The notes beneath the pieces were generated by a model. The model saw nothing but the letters and a program-made list of their open reading frames with translations, searched no databases and was not told where the DNA came from. This document shows, one piece after another, positions 10,301-23,863 of a stretch of 64,000 nt of DNA (the first letter of the stretch is position 1; each line of letters opens with the position of its first letter). Made by a program: the position numbers and the translations under genes. Source of the stretch: Escherichia coli (GTDB lineage: Bacteria; Pseudomonadota; Gammaproteobacteria; Enterobacterales; Enterobacteriaceae); assembly GCF_013122565.1 (NCBI RefSeq), contig NZ_CP053258.1; one strand, 5' to 3'.

Positions 10301-11393
10301 GGTTGTATTGCTGTGCCGTCCGGGCTTTGAAAAAGAGTGCGCCGCAGAAATTACCGATAAAGCCGGCCAGCGGGAAATTTTCGGTTTTGCCCGCGTGAAA
10401 GAGAATGCGGGTTATGTCATTTATGAATGTTATCAACCTGATGATGGCGATAAGTTAATCCGTGAGCTGCCGTTCAGTTCATTAATTTTTGCCCGCCAGT
10501 GGTTTGTGGTGGGGGAACTCCTGCAGCATTTGCCGCCAGAAGATCGTATTACCCCCATTGTCGGCATGTTGCAGGGCGTAGTAGAGAAGGGCGGTGAACT
10601 GCGTGTTGAAGTTGCCGATACCAACGAAAGCAAAGAGTTGCTGAAATTCTGCCGTAAATTCACTGTTCCGCTACGCGCTGCCTTGCGCGATGTCGGGGTG
10701 CTGGCGAACTATGAAACGCCGAAGCGTCCGGTTGTGCATGTATTCTTTATTGCACCAGGCTGCTGCTATACCGGTTACTCATACAGCAACAATAATTCGC
10801 CGTTCTATATGGGCATTCCGCGCCTGAAATTTCCGGCAGATGCGCCGAGTCGTTCCACGCTCAAACTGGAAGAGGCATTTCATGTGTTTATTCCTGCGGA
10901 TGAGTGGGATGAACGCCTGGCGAACGGGATGTGGGCGGTGGATTTAGGCGCTTGCCCTGGCGGCTGGACCTACCAACTGGTGAAGCGCAACATGTGGGTT
11001 TATTCCGTCGACAACGGCCCGATGGCGCAAAGTCTGATGGATACCGGGCAGGTGACGTGGCTGCGGGAAGATGGTTTCAAATTCCGTCCGACACGCAGCA
11101 ATATCTCCTGGATGGTATGCGATATGGTTGAAAAACCGGCGAAAGTTGCGGCATTGATGGCGCAGTGGCTGGTTAATGGCTGGTGCCGTGAAACCATTTT
11201 CAACCTCAAACTGCCGATGAAAAAACGCTACGAAGAAGTATCACACAATCTGGCGTATATTCAGGCACAGCTTGATGAACATGGCATAAATGCTCAGATT
11301 CAGGCGCGGCAGTTGTATCACGATCGCGAAGAAGTGACGGTGCACGTCCGCCGCATCTGGGCTGCGGTGGGTGGTCGTCGCGACGAGCGATAA
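10293..11393 (+). CDS. rlmM: 23S rRNA 2'-O-ribose C2498 methyltransferase RlmM
   Basis: 366 aa. Synteny. Confidence 0.92.
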   Translation: MNKVVLLCRPGFEKECAAEITDKAGQREIFGFARVKENAGYVIYECYQPDDGDKLIRELPFSSLIFARQWFVVGELLQHLPPEDRITPIVGMLQGVVEKGGELRVEVADTNESKELLKFCRKFTVPLRAALRDVGVLANYETPKRPVVHVFFIAPGCCYTGYSYSNNNSPFYMGIPRLKFPADAPSRSTLKLEEAFHVFIPADEWDERLANGMWAVDLGACPGGWTYQLVKRNMWVYSVDNGPMAQSLMDTGQVTWLREDGFKFRPTRSNISWMVCDMVEKPAKVAALMAQWLVNGWCRETIFNLKLPMKKRYEEVSHNLAYIQAQLDEHGINAQIQARQLYHDREEVTVHVRRIWAAVGGRRDER

Positions 11394-11436
11394 CAGGCAA
11401 GGCCGGGGCGTCGTCTCCGGCCTGCTACCCTTTCCG

Positions 11437-12168
11437 TCAGGCTGTTACCAAAGAAGTTGCAACCTGGCGCTCATCAGAAATAATGTGCGTTACCTCATCC
11501 AGATGCCCGATGCGGGCTTCCCCTGAACGATTAAATTTACTTTTATCAATCAATAACAACGATTGCGCGGCACGTTTTAATAGCATCGATTTGTAATCAG
11601 CGTTGATGGCATTGGAGTCCCACAGTGCGCCGCTGCTATCGATCCCTTCACAAGAAAAAATAAACAGATCGATTTCCAGCGATTTAAGTTGGGAAATCAG
11701 CGAGGGATTGACGTAACAGCCATATTTGCGCTCAAGTGTGCCGCCGGAACTGATCAGTTGAATGCGTTCGCGTTTACCGAGTTCATGGCAAATCGGATGG
11801 CTATTGGTGAAGACCAGAATGTTGATGTCAGGCAACTGGCGTGCCAGATACCAGCAGGTTGAACTGGCGTCTAAGGCTATTACCATCCCTTCTTCAATCC
11901 ATGCGAGCGCCTCGCGCGCGATATCTGCTTTATGCGCATAATGGCTTTTCAGCCGGATGTGAAAGGGATCGCCACTGTCTTGATTTTGACGGTGGATATA
12001 TTTAGCGCGCCCATGATTGCGCAGAATTTTACCCTGCGTCTGTAATTCATTGAGATCGCGACGAATGGTTTCTTTACTGACCTTTAGCTGTTCAGAGAGA
12101 GCTTCCGTGGTCAGGCTGGTATGGTTCAGCAGCAGGTCGACTATCGCTTGCTGGCGTGCCGCTTTCAT
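11437..12168 (-). CDS. fucR: DeoR-family L-fucose operon activator FucR
   Basis: 243 aa from the internal ATG (MKAARQQAIVDLL). The track ORF is 3 codons longer. Confidence 0.93.
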   Translation of the reverse strand: MKAARQQAIVDLLLNHTSLTTEALSEQLKVSKETIRRDLNELQTQGKILRNHGRAKYIHRQNQDSGDPFHIRLKSHYAHKADIAREALAWIEEGMVIALDASSTCWYLARQLPDINILVFTNSHPICHELGKRERIQLISSGGTLERKYGCYVNPSLISQLKSLEIDLFIFSCEGIDSSGALWDSNAINADYKSMLLKRAAQSLLLIDKSKFNRSGEARIGHLDEVTHIISDERQVATSLVTA

Positions 12169-12225
12169 ATTTTTCACCCCATCATTCGATAACCGCCCGC
12201 GTCATGCGGGCGTACCGGTATGAGA

Positions 12226-12648
12226 TTACGGTGTTACCCCTTTTTTTAAAAGAATATTCCCGTACTTCGCTCGTTCGCCTGTGATAACGATCGCAAAGGC
12301 TTTTTGTGCCCGTTCATAAAACGCAAAACGATTGATGCGGATGATGTCAGGACACGGGGCTTGTAGTGAAAGCGCATTACGGTAACGTCGTTCTACTTCA
12401 GGATCGAGAGTGTCACCTTCTACCGCCGCCATCATCACCAGCGGCGGTGCATAACTGTCCAGTTCAAATAACGGGATAATCGCCTGGAGCAAGTCGCTCA
12501 CCAACAGGCCATCAGCGCGGATCACCTGCGGTCCCATCGAATGGGCGGGAAAGTGAGCATCGGAAAAAATAATTTCATCTCCATGCCCCATCTCTGCCAG
12601 CACTTTCAATAGTTCGGGAGAAATTAACGGCGAAATTGTTTTCAGCAT
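12226..12648 (-). CDS. fucU: L-fucose mutarotase FucU
   Basis: 140 aa, RbsD/FucU family. Confidence 0.93.
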
Positions 12649-12649
12649 T

Positions 12650-14068
12650 TCACACTTCCTCTATAAATTCAGGTTCAGTTTGCGGGTAGAAATAACGGTA
12701 CTGATAATGAATCTGTGCGCGGGCTTCTTCCGGGCTGTTAAATTCCCCTATGCCATACCAACCGAACAGCGCAGCTCCTGCGACGGTCGTTTCGGCGTCG
12801 TCGAGAACTTTTACCGGAATATCAAGCATATTGGCTTTAATCTGATTCCACAATGTGTTGCGACTTCCTCCGCCGACTAACAATAATTCAGAGGCTTTAA
12901 AGTGCCCGATTTTTTCCAGCATCTGTAGATTGCGCTGTAATTGCGCAGTTAACCCTTCCAGCGCCGCGCGATAGAAATGCCCCCGCGTGGTATTAAGCGT
13001 CACTCCTTGCCAGCCAGCGTTCTGACACGACAATAAATCACACTGCATTTTCACGCCATCCGCGCCAGGCGCGATCAGACGAGCCTCTTCAATCAACATT
13101 TGCCAAGGTGTTTCAGCCGTCCAGAACAGTTTTCTCACCCATTCCAGCACGCCTGATGCCAGCCATTGCATACCTGGGTTATACAACCCTGCCTGGCTAT
13201 CCAGTTCGCAGGTGGAACCGGCGTACTGACTTAACAGCGAAGTATCAACCTGGGCGCTGCGAACCATTAAAATTTCCCATGTACCTGAAGAGAGCACGGG
13301 TTCATTTTGTTCAGCACCAGCGCCAAAAAGGGCGAACTGGGTATCGTGACCTGCGGAAATCACCGGTATGCCAACGGGTAAGCCGAGCATTGCTGCGGCG
13401 CTGTTCTGTAGCGTACCAATCTGTTCACCCGCTTCCACCAGACGAGGGAAAAGTCGGCGTGGAATACCGGTGGCTTGTAAAATTTGCGGACTGAAATCGC
13501 GTTGCTGGATATCCAGCATCTGGCTGGTTCCGGCCATCGTGATATCAGTAGTGAATTCACCGGTTAAACGGTGGTTAATCAGCGACGAAATAAAGAGCCA
13601 GGCGTGCGCGCGTTCCAGCAGTTGTGGATGATTTTCTTTCAACCACACCAACTTATATAACGTATTGAAACTAAAGGCTCCGACGCCAGAAATAGCCTGC
13701 AACTGCTGTGCGGAGATCAACCGTTCAATATTGTCCATAACCGCTGCTGTTCGCGGACATTTCCAGCTAATGATCGGATAGAGCAGATTGCCTTGCTTAT
13801 CTACCAGAGCGCCATCCACACCAAAGGTGGTGACGGCGATACCGCGGATGTGGCATTCAGTCAGTTCACTATTGATTTGCCGACAGCAATCAGAAAAGCG
13901 TTGCAAAATGGCGTCTAAAGACCACTGGTGCCAGGTGTTGTTTTCCATCGCGATATCGCTGGCATTAGGCGTTGAGGCGCGGGCAACAATTTTTCCCTGC
14001 CGATTAACCGCGATGGCCCTGACATTGGTCGCACCACAGTCGAGTACCAGGATAACTTCTTGTTTCAT
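12650..14068 (-). CDS. fucK: L-fuculokinase FucK
   Basis: FGGY kinase. Start chosen at [15 protein letters not shown], which has the SD aggag. The track start at 14098 gives 482 aa and is an alternative. Confidence 0.9.
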
Positions 14069-14176
14069 AATCGCTCCTGCAATATAGCCGGATAACATTG
14101 CTTATCCGGCTAACCACTCTTGCTTGTTCAGGCCCGGTAGCCGGAGCGACCGGGCATCACATCAGGGAGTAATGTA

Positions 14177-15952
14177 TTAACGCTTGTACAACGGACCGTA
14201 GTTCTGGCAAGCGCGGTAATCCTGGCCTTCAATATCCATGCCGTGCGCAGCCCAGGCAGAAGGACGATACACTTTGGTCTCTTCAACGTTGTGCATACAT
14301 ACCGGGATACGCAGCATGGAGGCAAGAGTGATAAAGTCTGCGCCAACGTGGCCGATGGTTAGAACCCCGTGGTTAGCGCCCCAGTTCGCCATTACCGAGT
14401 ACACATCCGTAAACGGCCCTTTACCGGTGAGGCGCGGTGCAAACCAGGTGGTTGGCCAGGTTGAGTTGGTGCGTTTGTTGAGGATGTCATGCACATCCTT
14501 CGGCAATTCCACGCTCCAGCCTTCCGCGATTTGCAGTACCGGTCCCAGGCCTTTGATGATGTTGACACGAGTCATGGTGAACGGGACGCCGCCTTCGGTA
14601 AGGAAGCGGGAAGAGTAACCGCCGCCACGGAAGTATTCGTGGATCGCCGGGCACCATTCGGTAGCGGCGAGGCAAGCGTCAGCCTCTTGCTGAGAGATTT
14701 CCCAGTGCGGCTTCATCGTCGGGTTACCTTCGCTGTCGCGTTGTTTACAGGAACCGTCCAGCGCAGCAGAACCTGAGTTGATCAAATGGATGATGCCGTG
14801 TTCTGCCAGTCCATGGAGTTTATGCCCCGTTACACGCTCAATTGCTTCTGGTGACCAGTAGGTACGCACATCGGCAAATACCTGAGCGGTGCCGGTGAGT
14901 TGGTGACCCATTAGCATTGCCACGCCGTTAAGACTGTCGTTTTCGGTCGCCACGACAAAGGGTTCGCGCACGCCATTCCAGTCAAATGAACTGTTGAGGA
15001 TCGCTTCGGCGGTGTCACCATTGGGATATTGATCGGTCCAGTGACGTTGTCCCTGGAAGCCCGCAGCGATGGCGTTGTAGCCAAGTGATTCTTCCACGCG
15101 ACCAATATCGGCCAGTTTGCTGTTGCCTTGCATCATGTCGCGGATACACATCGCCATCAGTAAACTTTCGCGCAGAACTGCGCGGCTTTGCTCGGCATTG
15201 CGTTGATACTGTTTGTTATTTTCATCTTCGCCATAGCGGAAGTTTTTATCAGCCCAGGCCAGTGCCATTTCCAGTTCGGCTTCGTCGTAAATCTTCTGAT
15301 CGATACGGCGGCGCAGTTCGGTCATATCCACCGCCTGGACTTTCATTCCCAGCCAGGATTCAAAGAAGTTGTGATCAACGATGGAACCGGCGATACCCAT
15401 CGAAACGCCGCCCAGCGACAGGTAGCTTTTACCTTTCATGCTGGCGACGGCCAAACCGGCGCGGGCAAAGCGCAGCAGTTTTTCTTCAACATCGGCAGGA
15501 ATCGATGTGTCATCGGCATCCTGAACGTCATGACCGTAAATAGAGAATGCCGGGATGCCTTTCTGGCTGTGAGCTGCCAGAGCTGCTGCCAGGTAAACAG
15601 CGCCGGGGCGTTCAGTGCCGTTAAAGCCCCAAATGGCTTTCGGGCGGGTTGGATCCATGTCGATGGTTTCACTGCCATAGCACCAGCAAGGCGTTACCGT
15701 AATGGTGAGGCCTACATTCTGGCTGCTGAATTTTTCTTCGCAAGCAGCGGCTTCAGCCATACCCGCGATACAGGTATCGGAAATGACACACTCGACGGCA
15801 GCTCCGCAGGCATGGCGCAGTTTCTCGGTCAGCAGTGCAGCCGTGGCTTTCGCCATATTCATTGTTTGTTCTTCAAGCGACTCACGAACACCCATGCGAC
15901 GACCGTCAATAACCGGGCGGATACCAATTTTCGGTAAGCTGATTTTTTTCAT
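14177..15952 (-). CDS. fucI: L-fucose isomerase FucI
   Basis: 591 aa, N-terminus [19 protein letters not shown]. Confidence 0.95.
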   Translation of the reverse strand: MKKISLPKIGIRPVIDGRRMGVRESLEEQTMNMAKATAALLTEKLRHACGAAVECVISDTCIAGMAEAAACEEKFSSQNVGLTITVTPCWCYGSETIDMDPTRPKAIWGFNGTERPGAVYLAAALAAHSQKGIPAFSIYGHDVQDADDTSIPADVEEKLLRFARAGLAVASMKGKSYLSLGGVSMGIAGSIVDHNFFESWLGMKVQAVDMTELRRRIDQKIYDEAELEMALAWADKNFRYGEDENNKQYQRNAEQSRAVLRESLLMAMCIRDMMQGNSKLADIGRVEESLGYNAIAAGFQGQRHWTDQYPNGDTAEAILNSSFDWNGVREPFVVATENDSLNGVAMLMGHQLTGTAQVFADVRTYWSPEAIERVTGHKLHGLAEHGIIHLINSGSAALDGSCKQRDSEGNPTMKPHWEISQQEADACLAATEWCPAIHEYFRGGGYSSRFLTEGGVPFTMTRVNIIKGLGPVLQIAEGWSVELPKDVHDILNKRTNSTWPTTWFAPRLTGKGPFTDVYSVMANWGANHGVLTIGHVGADFITLASMLRIPVCMHNVEETKVYRPSAWAAHGMDIEGQDYRACQNYGPLYKR

Positions 15953-15984
15953 TACAGATTCCTCACTTTATTCGGAAAATATGT

Positions 15985-17301
15985 TCAGTTAGTTGCCGTT
16001 TGAGAACGGAAACGGGCAAAGATAAAGATGACCGCGAAGCAGAGTGCGGGGATCAGTTCAGCAGTGGGGATGTTGCCCGCCGCGTCACTGACAAAACCCA
16101 TGACCGGAGTGACAATACCGCCGCCAATGATGGTCATAACGATGAAGGACGAACCGTATTTGGTGTCCTGGCCGAGATTCTTAATGCCCAGCGAGAAGAT
16201 TGTTGGGTACTGAATCGACATAAAGGCGCTGCATAAAGTCAGGGCTATTAAGCCCACATGACCGCCAGCGAAGGCTGAGATCAGGCACAGTGCCATAGCG
16301 ATTAATGCGTAGGCGGCCAGGACTTTGTGTGGTGCGAAGCGACTGATGAGCCAGGTACCGGTGAAACGACCAATAAAGAAGCACACCATGGTTCCGGTTA
16401 AATAGTTAGCGGCAAAGCCTGCAGTCATACCTGGAATTTCTTCTACAGCGTAGCGAATCAAATAGCTCCAGCAGGCCGTTTGTGCGCCGACGTAGCAGAA
16501 TTGCGCTAATACTGCCCAGCGCCAGTGGCGAATACGCGCCAGGCGAGAAAGCGATGCGGAGAACGATCCTTGTTTGGCGTCACTGTGATTATCACTCTGC
16601 AATGCCGGGAATTTCGTCAGCATGATCAGCAGGGCGACCAGTAACACGATAGCCACGATGATCATATAAGGTGTCTGTACCGATAATACCAGGCTGTGTT
16701 TATACGCACTCAATTGCTCTGGAGACATTTTATCGAGAACGTCTTGCGATTGATGTGGCACGTTAGACAAAATAAGACTTTGCCCAAAGACAACCGCGAT
16801 AATTGCGCCAAATGAGTTAAATGTTTGCGCAAGATTTAAGCGGAAGTGACCACTGCTTTCCGGCCCTAATACCGTAACAAAAGGGTTTGCGGCAGTTTCC
16901 AGACAACCTAATCCGGCTGCAATAATAAATAGGCCAACTAAAAATAAGGTGTAGTTCATTATTTCTGCAGCGGGCCAGAATAATGCAGCACCCAGGGCAT
17001 ATAAAAATAATCCGGTAATAATCCCTGCTTTATAACTGAGTTTTTTCATCAATATCCCAGCAGGGATTGGGATAATGAAATAACCAAAGTAAAAGGCCGA
17101 TTGGATCAGGCCAGCCTGGAAATTTGTCAGCGTAAAAGCCTGCTGGAATTGAGGTAATAATATGTCGTTAAGATTATTGGCTACCGCCCAAAGAAAAAAC
17201 AGTGAGCACAGCAGCGCGAATGGAATAATGTAACTTCTGCTTTGCCCTGCATCTTTATCTACCGCACGGTAACTCTGCGTTTGTATTGATGTGTTTCCCA
17301 T
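15985..17301 (-). CDS. fucP: L-fucose:H+ symporter FucP (MFS)
   Basis: 438 aa, polytopic MFS transporter. Confidence 0.95.
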   Translation of the reverse strand: MGNTSIQTQSYRAVDKDAGQSRSYIIPFALLCSLFFLWAVANNLNDILLPQFQQAFTLTNFQAGLIQSAFYFGYFIIPIPAGILMKKLSYKAGIITGLFLYALGAALFWPAAEIMNYTLFLVGLFIIAAGLGCLETAANPFVTVLGPESSGHFRLNLAQTFNSFGAIIAVVFGQSLILSNVPHQSQDVLDKMSPEQLSAYKHSLVLSVQTPYMIIVAIVLLVALLIMLTKFPALQSDNHSDAKQGSFSASLSRLARIRHWRWAVLAQFCYVGAQTACWSYLIRYAVEEIPGMTAGFAANYLTGTMVCFFIGRFTGTWLISRFAPHKVLAAYALIAMALCLISAFAGGHVGLIALTLCSAFMSIQYPTIFSLGIKNLGQDTKYGSSFIVMTIIGGGIVTPVMGFVSDAAGNIPTAELIPALCFAVIFIFARFRSQTATN

Positions 17302-17847
17302 AGCATCCTCTTAGGTTCAGAAGCTTAAGCACGTAATCGGTTATGTTTTCAAAAGTGCAAAACCAGCGAGTTCGGGCTTCATATCAGTGAATATTTGCCT
17401 GTCTGAAATGAACTCATGGATTCATTTTCAAATAAAAAACGCTCTGTAATATGACGGCGGTCACACTTATTAGCTGGAAGGTGACTTTATGTGACTACCA
17501 TCACTTTAATAATCGAAATTTCATGCCCGTTTCAGAAAATAAATCATAAAAAACACAAACCAGATGCCCGTATTAATTGTTTATGCCGAAAACGGGCATT
17601 CCTGGCTTGGGTGAATATAAAAATGACCGTTTTGATAAATATTTTTAAGAGCGGTCATTTTTAATGGGGTTATAAAAAGAGAACTTGCAGTTATTTACTG
17701 TGATTAGTTGAACCAGATCACAAAATATAAGCTTGTGAATTTCTTTCTTGTTAATCAGGAAGAAGATCGTGGGTAATTAAACGCCTAATTCAATAGTGTG
17801 AAAGGAACAACATTATTGCCCTGTTTTGAATCAGAGAGAGGTAGCTA
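17302..17847. promoter_or_regulatory. Divergent fucPIK / fucAO control region
   Basis: 546-bp AT-rich intergenic region between divergent operons. Individual FucR/CRP sites not resolved by eye. Confidence 0.5.
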
Positions 17848-18495
17848 ATGGAACGAAATAAACTTGCTCGTCAGATTATTGACACTTGCCTGGAAATGAC
17901 CCGCCTGGGACTGAACCAGGGGACAGCGGGGAACGTCAGTGTACGTTATCAGGATGGGATGCTGATTACGCCTACAGGCATTCCATATGAAAAACTGACG
18001 GAGTCGCATATTGTCTTTATTGATGGCAACGGTAAACATGAGGAAGGAAAGCTCCCCTCAAGCGAGTGGCGTTTCCATATGGCGGCCTATCAAAGCAGAC
18101 CGGATGCCAACGCGGTTGTTCACAATCATGCCGTTCATTGCACAGCAGTTTCCATTCTTAACCGACCGATCCCCGCTATTCACTACATGATTGCGGCGGC
18201 TGGCGGTAATTCTATTCCTTGCGCGCCTTATGCGACCTTTGGAACACGCGAACTTTCTGAACATGTTGCGCTGGCTCTCAAAAATCGTAAGGCAACTTTG
18301 TTACAACATCATGGGCTTATCGCTTGTGAGGTGAATCTGGAAAAAGCGTTATGGCTGGCGCATGAAGTTGAAGTGCTGGCGCAACTTTACCTGACGACCC
18401 TGGCGATTACGGACCCGGTGCCAGTGCTGAGCGATGAAGAGATTGCCGTAGTGCTGGAGAAATTCAAAACCTATGGGTTACGGATTGAAGAGTAA
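17848..18495 (+). CDS. fucA: L-fuculose-phosphate aldolase FucA
   Basis: 215 aa class II aldolase. Confidence 0.95.
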   Translation: MERNKLARQIIDTCLEMTRLGLNQGTAGNVSVRYQDGMLITPTGIPYEKLTESHIVFIDGNGKHEEGKLPSSEWRFHMAAYQSRPDANAVVHNHAVHCTAVSILNRPIPAIHYMIAAAGGNSIPCAPYATFGTRELSEHVALALKNRKATLLQHHGLIACEVNLEKALWLAHEVEVLAQLYLTTLAITDPVPVLSDEEIAVVLEKFKTYGLRIEE

Positions 18496-18522
18496 TTTCG
18501 TAAAGCAACAAGGAGAAGGATG

Positions 18523-19671
18523 ATGGCTAACAGAATGATTCTGAACGAAACGGCATGGTTTGGTCGGGGTGCTGTTGGGGCTTTAACCGATGAGGTGAAA
18601 CGCCGTGGTTATCAGAAGGCGCTGATCGTCACCGATAAAACGCTGGTGCAATGCGGCGTGGTGGCGAAAGTGACCGATAAGATGGATGCTGCAGGGCTGG
18701 CATGGGCGATTTACGACGGCGTAGTGCCCAACCCAACAATTACTGTCGTCAAAGAAGGGCTCGGTGTATTCCAGAATAGCGGCGCGGATTACCTGATCGC
18801 TATTGGTGGTGGTTCTCCACAGGATACTTGTAAAGCGATTGGCATTATCAGCAACAACCCGGAGTTTGCCGATGTGCGTAGCCTGGAAGGACTTTCCCCG
18901 ACCAATAAATCTAGTGTACCGATTCTGGCAATCCCCACCACAGCAGGCACTGCGGCAGAAGTGACCATTAACTACGTGATCACTGACGAAGAAAAACGGC
19001 GCAAGTTTGTTTGCGTTGATCCGCATGATATCCCGCAGGTGGCGTTTATTGACGCTGACATGATGGATGGTATGCCTCCAGCGCTGAAAGCTGCGACGGG
19101 TGTCGATGCGCTCACTCATGCTATTGAGGGGTATATTACCCGTGGCGCGTGGGCGCTAACCGATGCGCTGCACATTAAAGCCATTGAAATCATTGCTGGG
19201 GCGCTGCGAGGATCGGTTGCTGGTGATAAGGATGCCGGAGAAGAAATGGCGCTCGGGCAGTATGTTGCGGGTATGGGCTTCTCGAATGTTGGGTTAGGGT
19301 TGGTGCATGGTATGGCGCATCCACTGGGCGCGTTTTATAACACTCCACACGGTGTTGCGAACGCCATCCTGCTACCGCATGTTATGCGTTATAACGCTGA
19401 CTTTACCGGTGAGAAGTACCGCGATATCGCGCGCGTTATGGGCGTGAAAGTGGAAGGTATGAGCCTGGAAGAGGCGCGTAATGCCGCTGTTGAAGCGGTG
19501 TTTGCTCTCAACCGTGATGTCGGTATTCCGCCACATTTGCGTGATGTTGGTGTACGCAAGGAAGACATTCCGGCACTGGCGCAGGCGGCACTGGATGATG
19601 TTTGTACCGGTGGCAACCCGCGTGAAGCAACGCTTGAGGATATTGTAGAGCTTTACCATACCGCCTGGTAA
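18523..19671 (+). CDS. fucO: L-1,2-propanediol oxidoreductase (lactaldehyde reductase) FucO
   Basis: Fe-dependent alcohol dehydrogenase family. 382 aa from the second ATG; the track start is 18520. Confidence 0.93.
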   Translation: MANRMILNETAWFGRGAVGALTDEVKRRGYQKALIVTDKTLVQCGVVAKVTDKMDAAGLAWAIYDGVVPNPTITVVKEGLGVFQNSGADYLIAIGGGSPQDTCKAIGIISNNPEFADVRSLEGLSPTNKSSVPILAIPTTAGTAAEVTINYVITDEEKRRKFVCVDPHDIPQVAFIDADMMDGMPPALKAATGVDALTHAIEGYITRGAWALTDALHIKAIEIIAGALRGSVAGDKDAGEEMALGQYVAGMGFSNVGLGLVHGMAHPLGAFYNTPHGVANAILLPHVMRYNADFTGEKYRDIARVMGVKVEGMSLEEARNAAVEAVFALNRDVGIPPHLRDVGVRKEDIPALAQAALDDVCTGGNPREATLEDIVELYHTAW

Positions 19672-19688
19672 ATGCGCTGATTTGATAA

Positions 19689-19720
19689 TGCCGGATGCGA
19701 CGTTTGCGGCGTATCCGGCA
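19689..19720. repeat. REP element between convergent fucO and xni
   Basis: tgccggatgcgacgtttgcggcgtatccggca palindrome. Confidence 0.7.
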
Positions 19721-19725
19721 CGCCG

Positions 19726-20592
<867 letters not shown>

Positions 20593-21960
20593 TTAATCGC
20601 AGGCAACGATCTTCATTGCCAGGCCGCCGCGAGAGGTTTCGCGGTACTTGGCATTCATATCTTTACCTGTTTCGTACATGGTTTCGATAACTTTATCGAG
20701 GCAGACGCGCGGCTCGCTGGTACGGCGCAGCGCCATACGTGCGGCGTTCACCGCTTTTACTGCCGCAATGGCGTTACGCTCGATGCATGGCACCTGTACC
20801 TGTCCGGCAACCGGGTCACACGTCAGACCGAGGTTGTGCTCCATGGCGATTTCCGCCGCGATGCACACCTGCGCCGGGCTTGCACCTAACAGTTCTGCCA
20901 GACCAGCCGCCGCCATTGAACACGCCACGCCAACTTCACCCTGGCAACCCACTTCAGCACCAGAAATCGACGCGTTCATCTTATAAAGAGAACCAATGGC
21001 GCTGGCTACCAGCAGGTAACGAGCCAGTGAGTTAGCGTTCACTTCGCGGATAAACTTGTCGTAGTACGCCAGCACTGCCGGGATAATCCCGCACGCACCG
21101 TTAGTCGGCGCAGTCACCACGCGTCCGCCAGCAGCGTTCTCTTCGTTCACTGCCAGTGCAAACATGTTGATCCAGTCAACAACCGCCATCGGGTCAGTGG
21201 TGGTTTTATCCTGGCTGACCAGCATCCGGCGTAGTGCCGCAGCACGGCGTGGAACGCGCAGTTTGCCAGGCAACACGCCTTCGGTGGAAATACCGCGCTC
21301 AATACCGCCACGCATGACTTCCCATACGTTCGCCAGGTGCTGTTCCAGCTCTTCTTTGCTGTGCAGCGCCAGCTCGTTTTTCATCATCAAGCCAGAGAGT
21401 GACAGCCCGGTTTCCTGACAATGTTTTTGCAGATCGGCTGCTGAACTGTACGGATAAGGAACTTCAACCGGTGCGCTATTCTGCTGGCCAAAATGCTCTT
21501 CATCAACGATAAAGCCACCGCCAATAGAGTAGTAAGTCTGGCTGTAAACGACTTTATCGCCCGCCAGCGCGGTAATGCGCATACCGTTTTCATGCAGAGA
21601 AAGGTTGTCGGCATGGAAGTTCATGCACTGATCAACCGGGAACTCCACTTCATGCTGACCGTTTGCCAGCATCAGGCGACCATGAGTATTCACATCCTGA
21701 ATAAAACCAGGGATGGAATCGATATCCACGGTATCCGGCAGGTTACCCGCCAGGCCCATAATAATGGCGATATCAGTGTGGTGGCCTTTACCGGTCAGAG
21801 AGAGCGAGCCGTACACGTCAACCACCACGCGGGTCACGTCTTTAAGCAGGTTACGGGCAATCAGATCGTCGGTAAATTGTTTACCCGCTTTCATTGGTCC
21901 AACGGTATGAGAACTGGAAGGGCCAATGCCGATTTTGAAAATATCGAATACGCTAATCAT
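20593..21960 (-). CDS. sdaB: L-serine dehydratase 2 (Fe-S)
   Basis: 455 aa. Confidence 0.95.
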   Translation of the reverse strand: MISVFDIFKIGIGPSSSHTVGPMKAGKQFTDDLIARNLLKDVTRVVVDVYGSLSLTGKGHHTDIAIIMGLAGNLPDTVDIDSIPGFIQDVNTHGRLMLANGQHEVEFPVDQCMNFHADNLSLHENGMRITALAGDKVVYSQTYYSIGGGFIVDEEHFGQQNSAPVEVPYPYSSAADLQKHCQETGLSLSGLMMKNELALHSKEELEQHLANVWEVMRGGIERGISTEGVLPGKLRVPRRAAALRRMLVSQDKTTTDPMAVVDWINMFALAVNEENAAGGRVVTAPTNGACGIIPAVLAYYDKFIREVNANSLARYLLVASAIGSLYKMNASISGAEVGCQGEVGVACSMAAAGLAELLGASPAQVCIAAEIAMEHNLGLTCDPVAGQVQVPCIERNAIAAVKAVNAARMALRRTSEPRVCLDKVIETMYETGKDMNAKYRETSRGGLAMKIVACD

Positions 21961-22017
21961 AGGAAATACATCGCGTTAAAACGGAGGAAGCGCCGCCCGA
22001 AAGCGGCGCGAAAGGAC

Positions 22018-23307
22018 TTAGCTGAACAGAGAGTAGAAGATTGCGGAGATTGCAATCAGACCCATCACGACAACGAATACGTTGCTGATGTGACCGCTGT
22101 ACTTACGCATTGCCGGTACTTTCTGAATTGCGTACATCGGCATCAGGAACAGGATCATCGCGATGATTGGGCCGCCCAGGGTTTCAATCATACCCAGGAT
22201 GCTCGGGTTCAGGGTGGCAACAATCCAGGTCGTTACCAGCATGAACAGCGCAGTGATACGGTTCAGCTTGTTGATTTCGATAGACTTACCTTTACCACGC
22301 AGAGATTTAATCACCATACCGTTGAAGCCTTCACGTGCGCCCAGGTAGTGGCCGAGGAAGGATTTGGTGATAGCGATAATCGCGATAATCGGAGCCATCC
22401 ACGCGATAACCGGTGCGTTAAAGTGGTTAGCCAGGTAAGACAGAATCGAGATGTTCTGCTCTTTAGCCGCAGCCAGGTCTGCCGGAGTCAGGCTCAGTAC
22501 ACAGCTGAAGACGAAGAACATTACGGTCAGCACCATCATGATGTGTGCGAATGCCAGGATCTTCGAGCATTTCTGTTCTGCCATATCGCCGTACTCTTCA
22601 CGCTTCGCAACGGCGAAAGAAGAGATGATCGGAGAGTGGTTGAACGAGAATACCATTACCGGAATTGCCAGCCACAGGGTCATCCACAGACCGTTTCCGG
22701 TTGCAGATGCAGTGTCCAGAGACAGCGTTTCCAGTGCTGCGCCGTTCCACTGCGGGATCAGGTACAGAGCCAGCAGCATCAGTACGCCAACAAACGGGAA
22801 CACCAGAATACTCATCGCTTTAACGATCATCTGCTCACCGAAGCGAACGATGGTCATCATACCCACGATCAGGATCAGCGACAGAATCGCACGCGGCGGT
22901 GGCGTCATACCCAGCTGGTGAGACATGAAGCTTTCAACTGTATTGGTGATTGCCACGCTATAAACCAGCAGGATCGGGTAGATAGCGAAGAAGTAGAGCA
23001 GGGTAATCAGTTTACCTGCGCCAATACCAAAGTGTTCTTCTACAACCTCGGTGATGTCTTCGCCCGGGTTTTTACCAGACAGTACGAAGCGAGTCAGGCC
23101 GCGGTGAGCAAAAAACGTCATCGGGAACGCAAGGATAGCCATGATGATCAGCGGGATCATACCGCCAACACCGGCGTTGATTGGCAGGAACAGCACGCCC
23201 GCGCCGATTGCCGTGCCGTAAAGGCCCAGCATCCACATGGTGTCTGTCTTGCGCCAGGCACTACGAGAGTCTTTCGACGCAATCGTGCTGGTTTGAGTCG
23301 TTTCCAT
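22018..23307 (-). CDS. sdaC: Serine:H+ symporter SdaC
   Basis: 429 aa, HAAAP family. Confidence 0.95.
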   Translation of the reverse strand: METTQTSTIASKDSRSAWRKTDTMWMLGLYGTAIGAGVLFLPINAGVGGMIPLIIMAILAFPMTFFAHRGLTRFVLSGKNPGEDITEVVEEHFGIGAGKLITLLYFFAIYPILLVYSVAITNTVESFMSHQLGMTPPPRAILSLILIVGMMTIVRFGEQMIVKAMSILVFPFVGVLMLLALYLIPQWNGAALETLSLDTASATGNGLWMTLWLAIPVMVFSFNHSPIISSFAVAKREEYGDMAEQKCSKILAFAHIMMVLTVMFFVFSCVLSLTPADLAAAKEQNISILSYLANHFNAPVIAWMAPIIAIIAITKSFLGHYLGAREGFNGMVIKSLRGKGKSIEINKLNRITALFMLVTTWIVATLNPSILGMIETLGGPIIAMILFLMPMYAIQKVPAMRKYSGHISNVFVVVMGLIAISAIFYSLFS

Positions 23308-23863
23308 CTATTTCTCCTGGAGGAATGCAAATAATTCAGCTTTTAGCCAGTTCAGCCCGGGAAGGTGCCTGACCGTAAAAATGAAATCTGTCTATCGGCG
23401 ATGGCTTAATCATTTACCGCCGTAATAATTTGAGGGCGGAAAGATACACACAAGTTATGTATCTATCAGTGATCTTGATCCCAAATACAATAATCTACTT
23501 GGAAGATAGATTATCCCAACGCTTTACTCTGTAAATCAAAAGTAAAAGAGAATTTAAGGGCAATATTTGCCCATTAAACGACATCTGACTTCTTCCGGGG
23601 CGCGCAATATATGTAGGTTGAACTGAAAAAATCAATACTTTTAGTTAATCATGGCGATAATTTCTTTTTCATAGCGATAAAATACGGTTTATGAAAATAG
23701 GGAAACGTTTGCGTTGCAACATAAATTGTATGACATATTAACTGTGATGATATTTGTCGCGTGAGGGTGGTAAGAAACATTCATATAACAAATGAAATGA
23801 GTTGATGAGTAAGTGACCAAAAACGAGAAAACCCGGCAACAAACGTCACCGGGGGAGGGGAGA

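Noticed and set aside
15188-15937. 249-aa plus-strand ORF, and similar long antisense ORFs at 18583..19119, 49125..49718 and 49979..50656
   Set aside because: Each lies antisense within a well-supported gene (fucI, fucO, cysJ, cysI). They are shadow ORFs.
17640-17720. CRP site tgtga-N14-tcaca in the fucP/fucA intergenic region
   Set aside because: Half-site spacing does not fit the N6 CRP consensus. Left as an unresolved regulatory region.
21493-23334. 613-aa plus-strand ORF
   Set aside because: Lies entirely antisense to sdaB and sdaC. His/Arg/Gln-rich low-complexity composition typical of antisense frames in GC-rich genes. No independent start signals.
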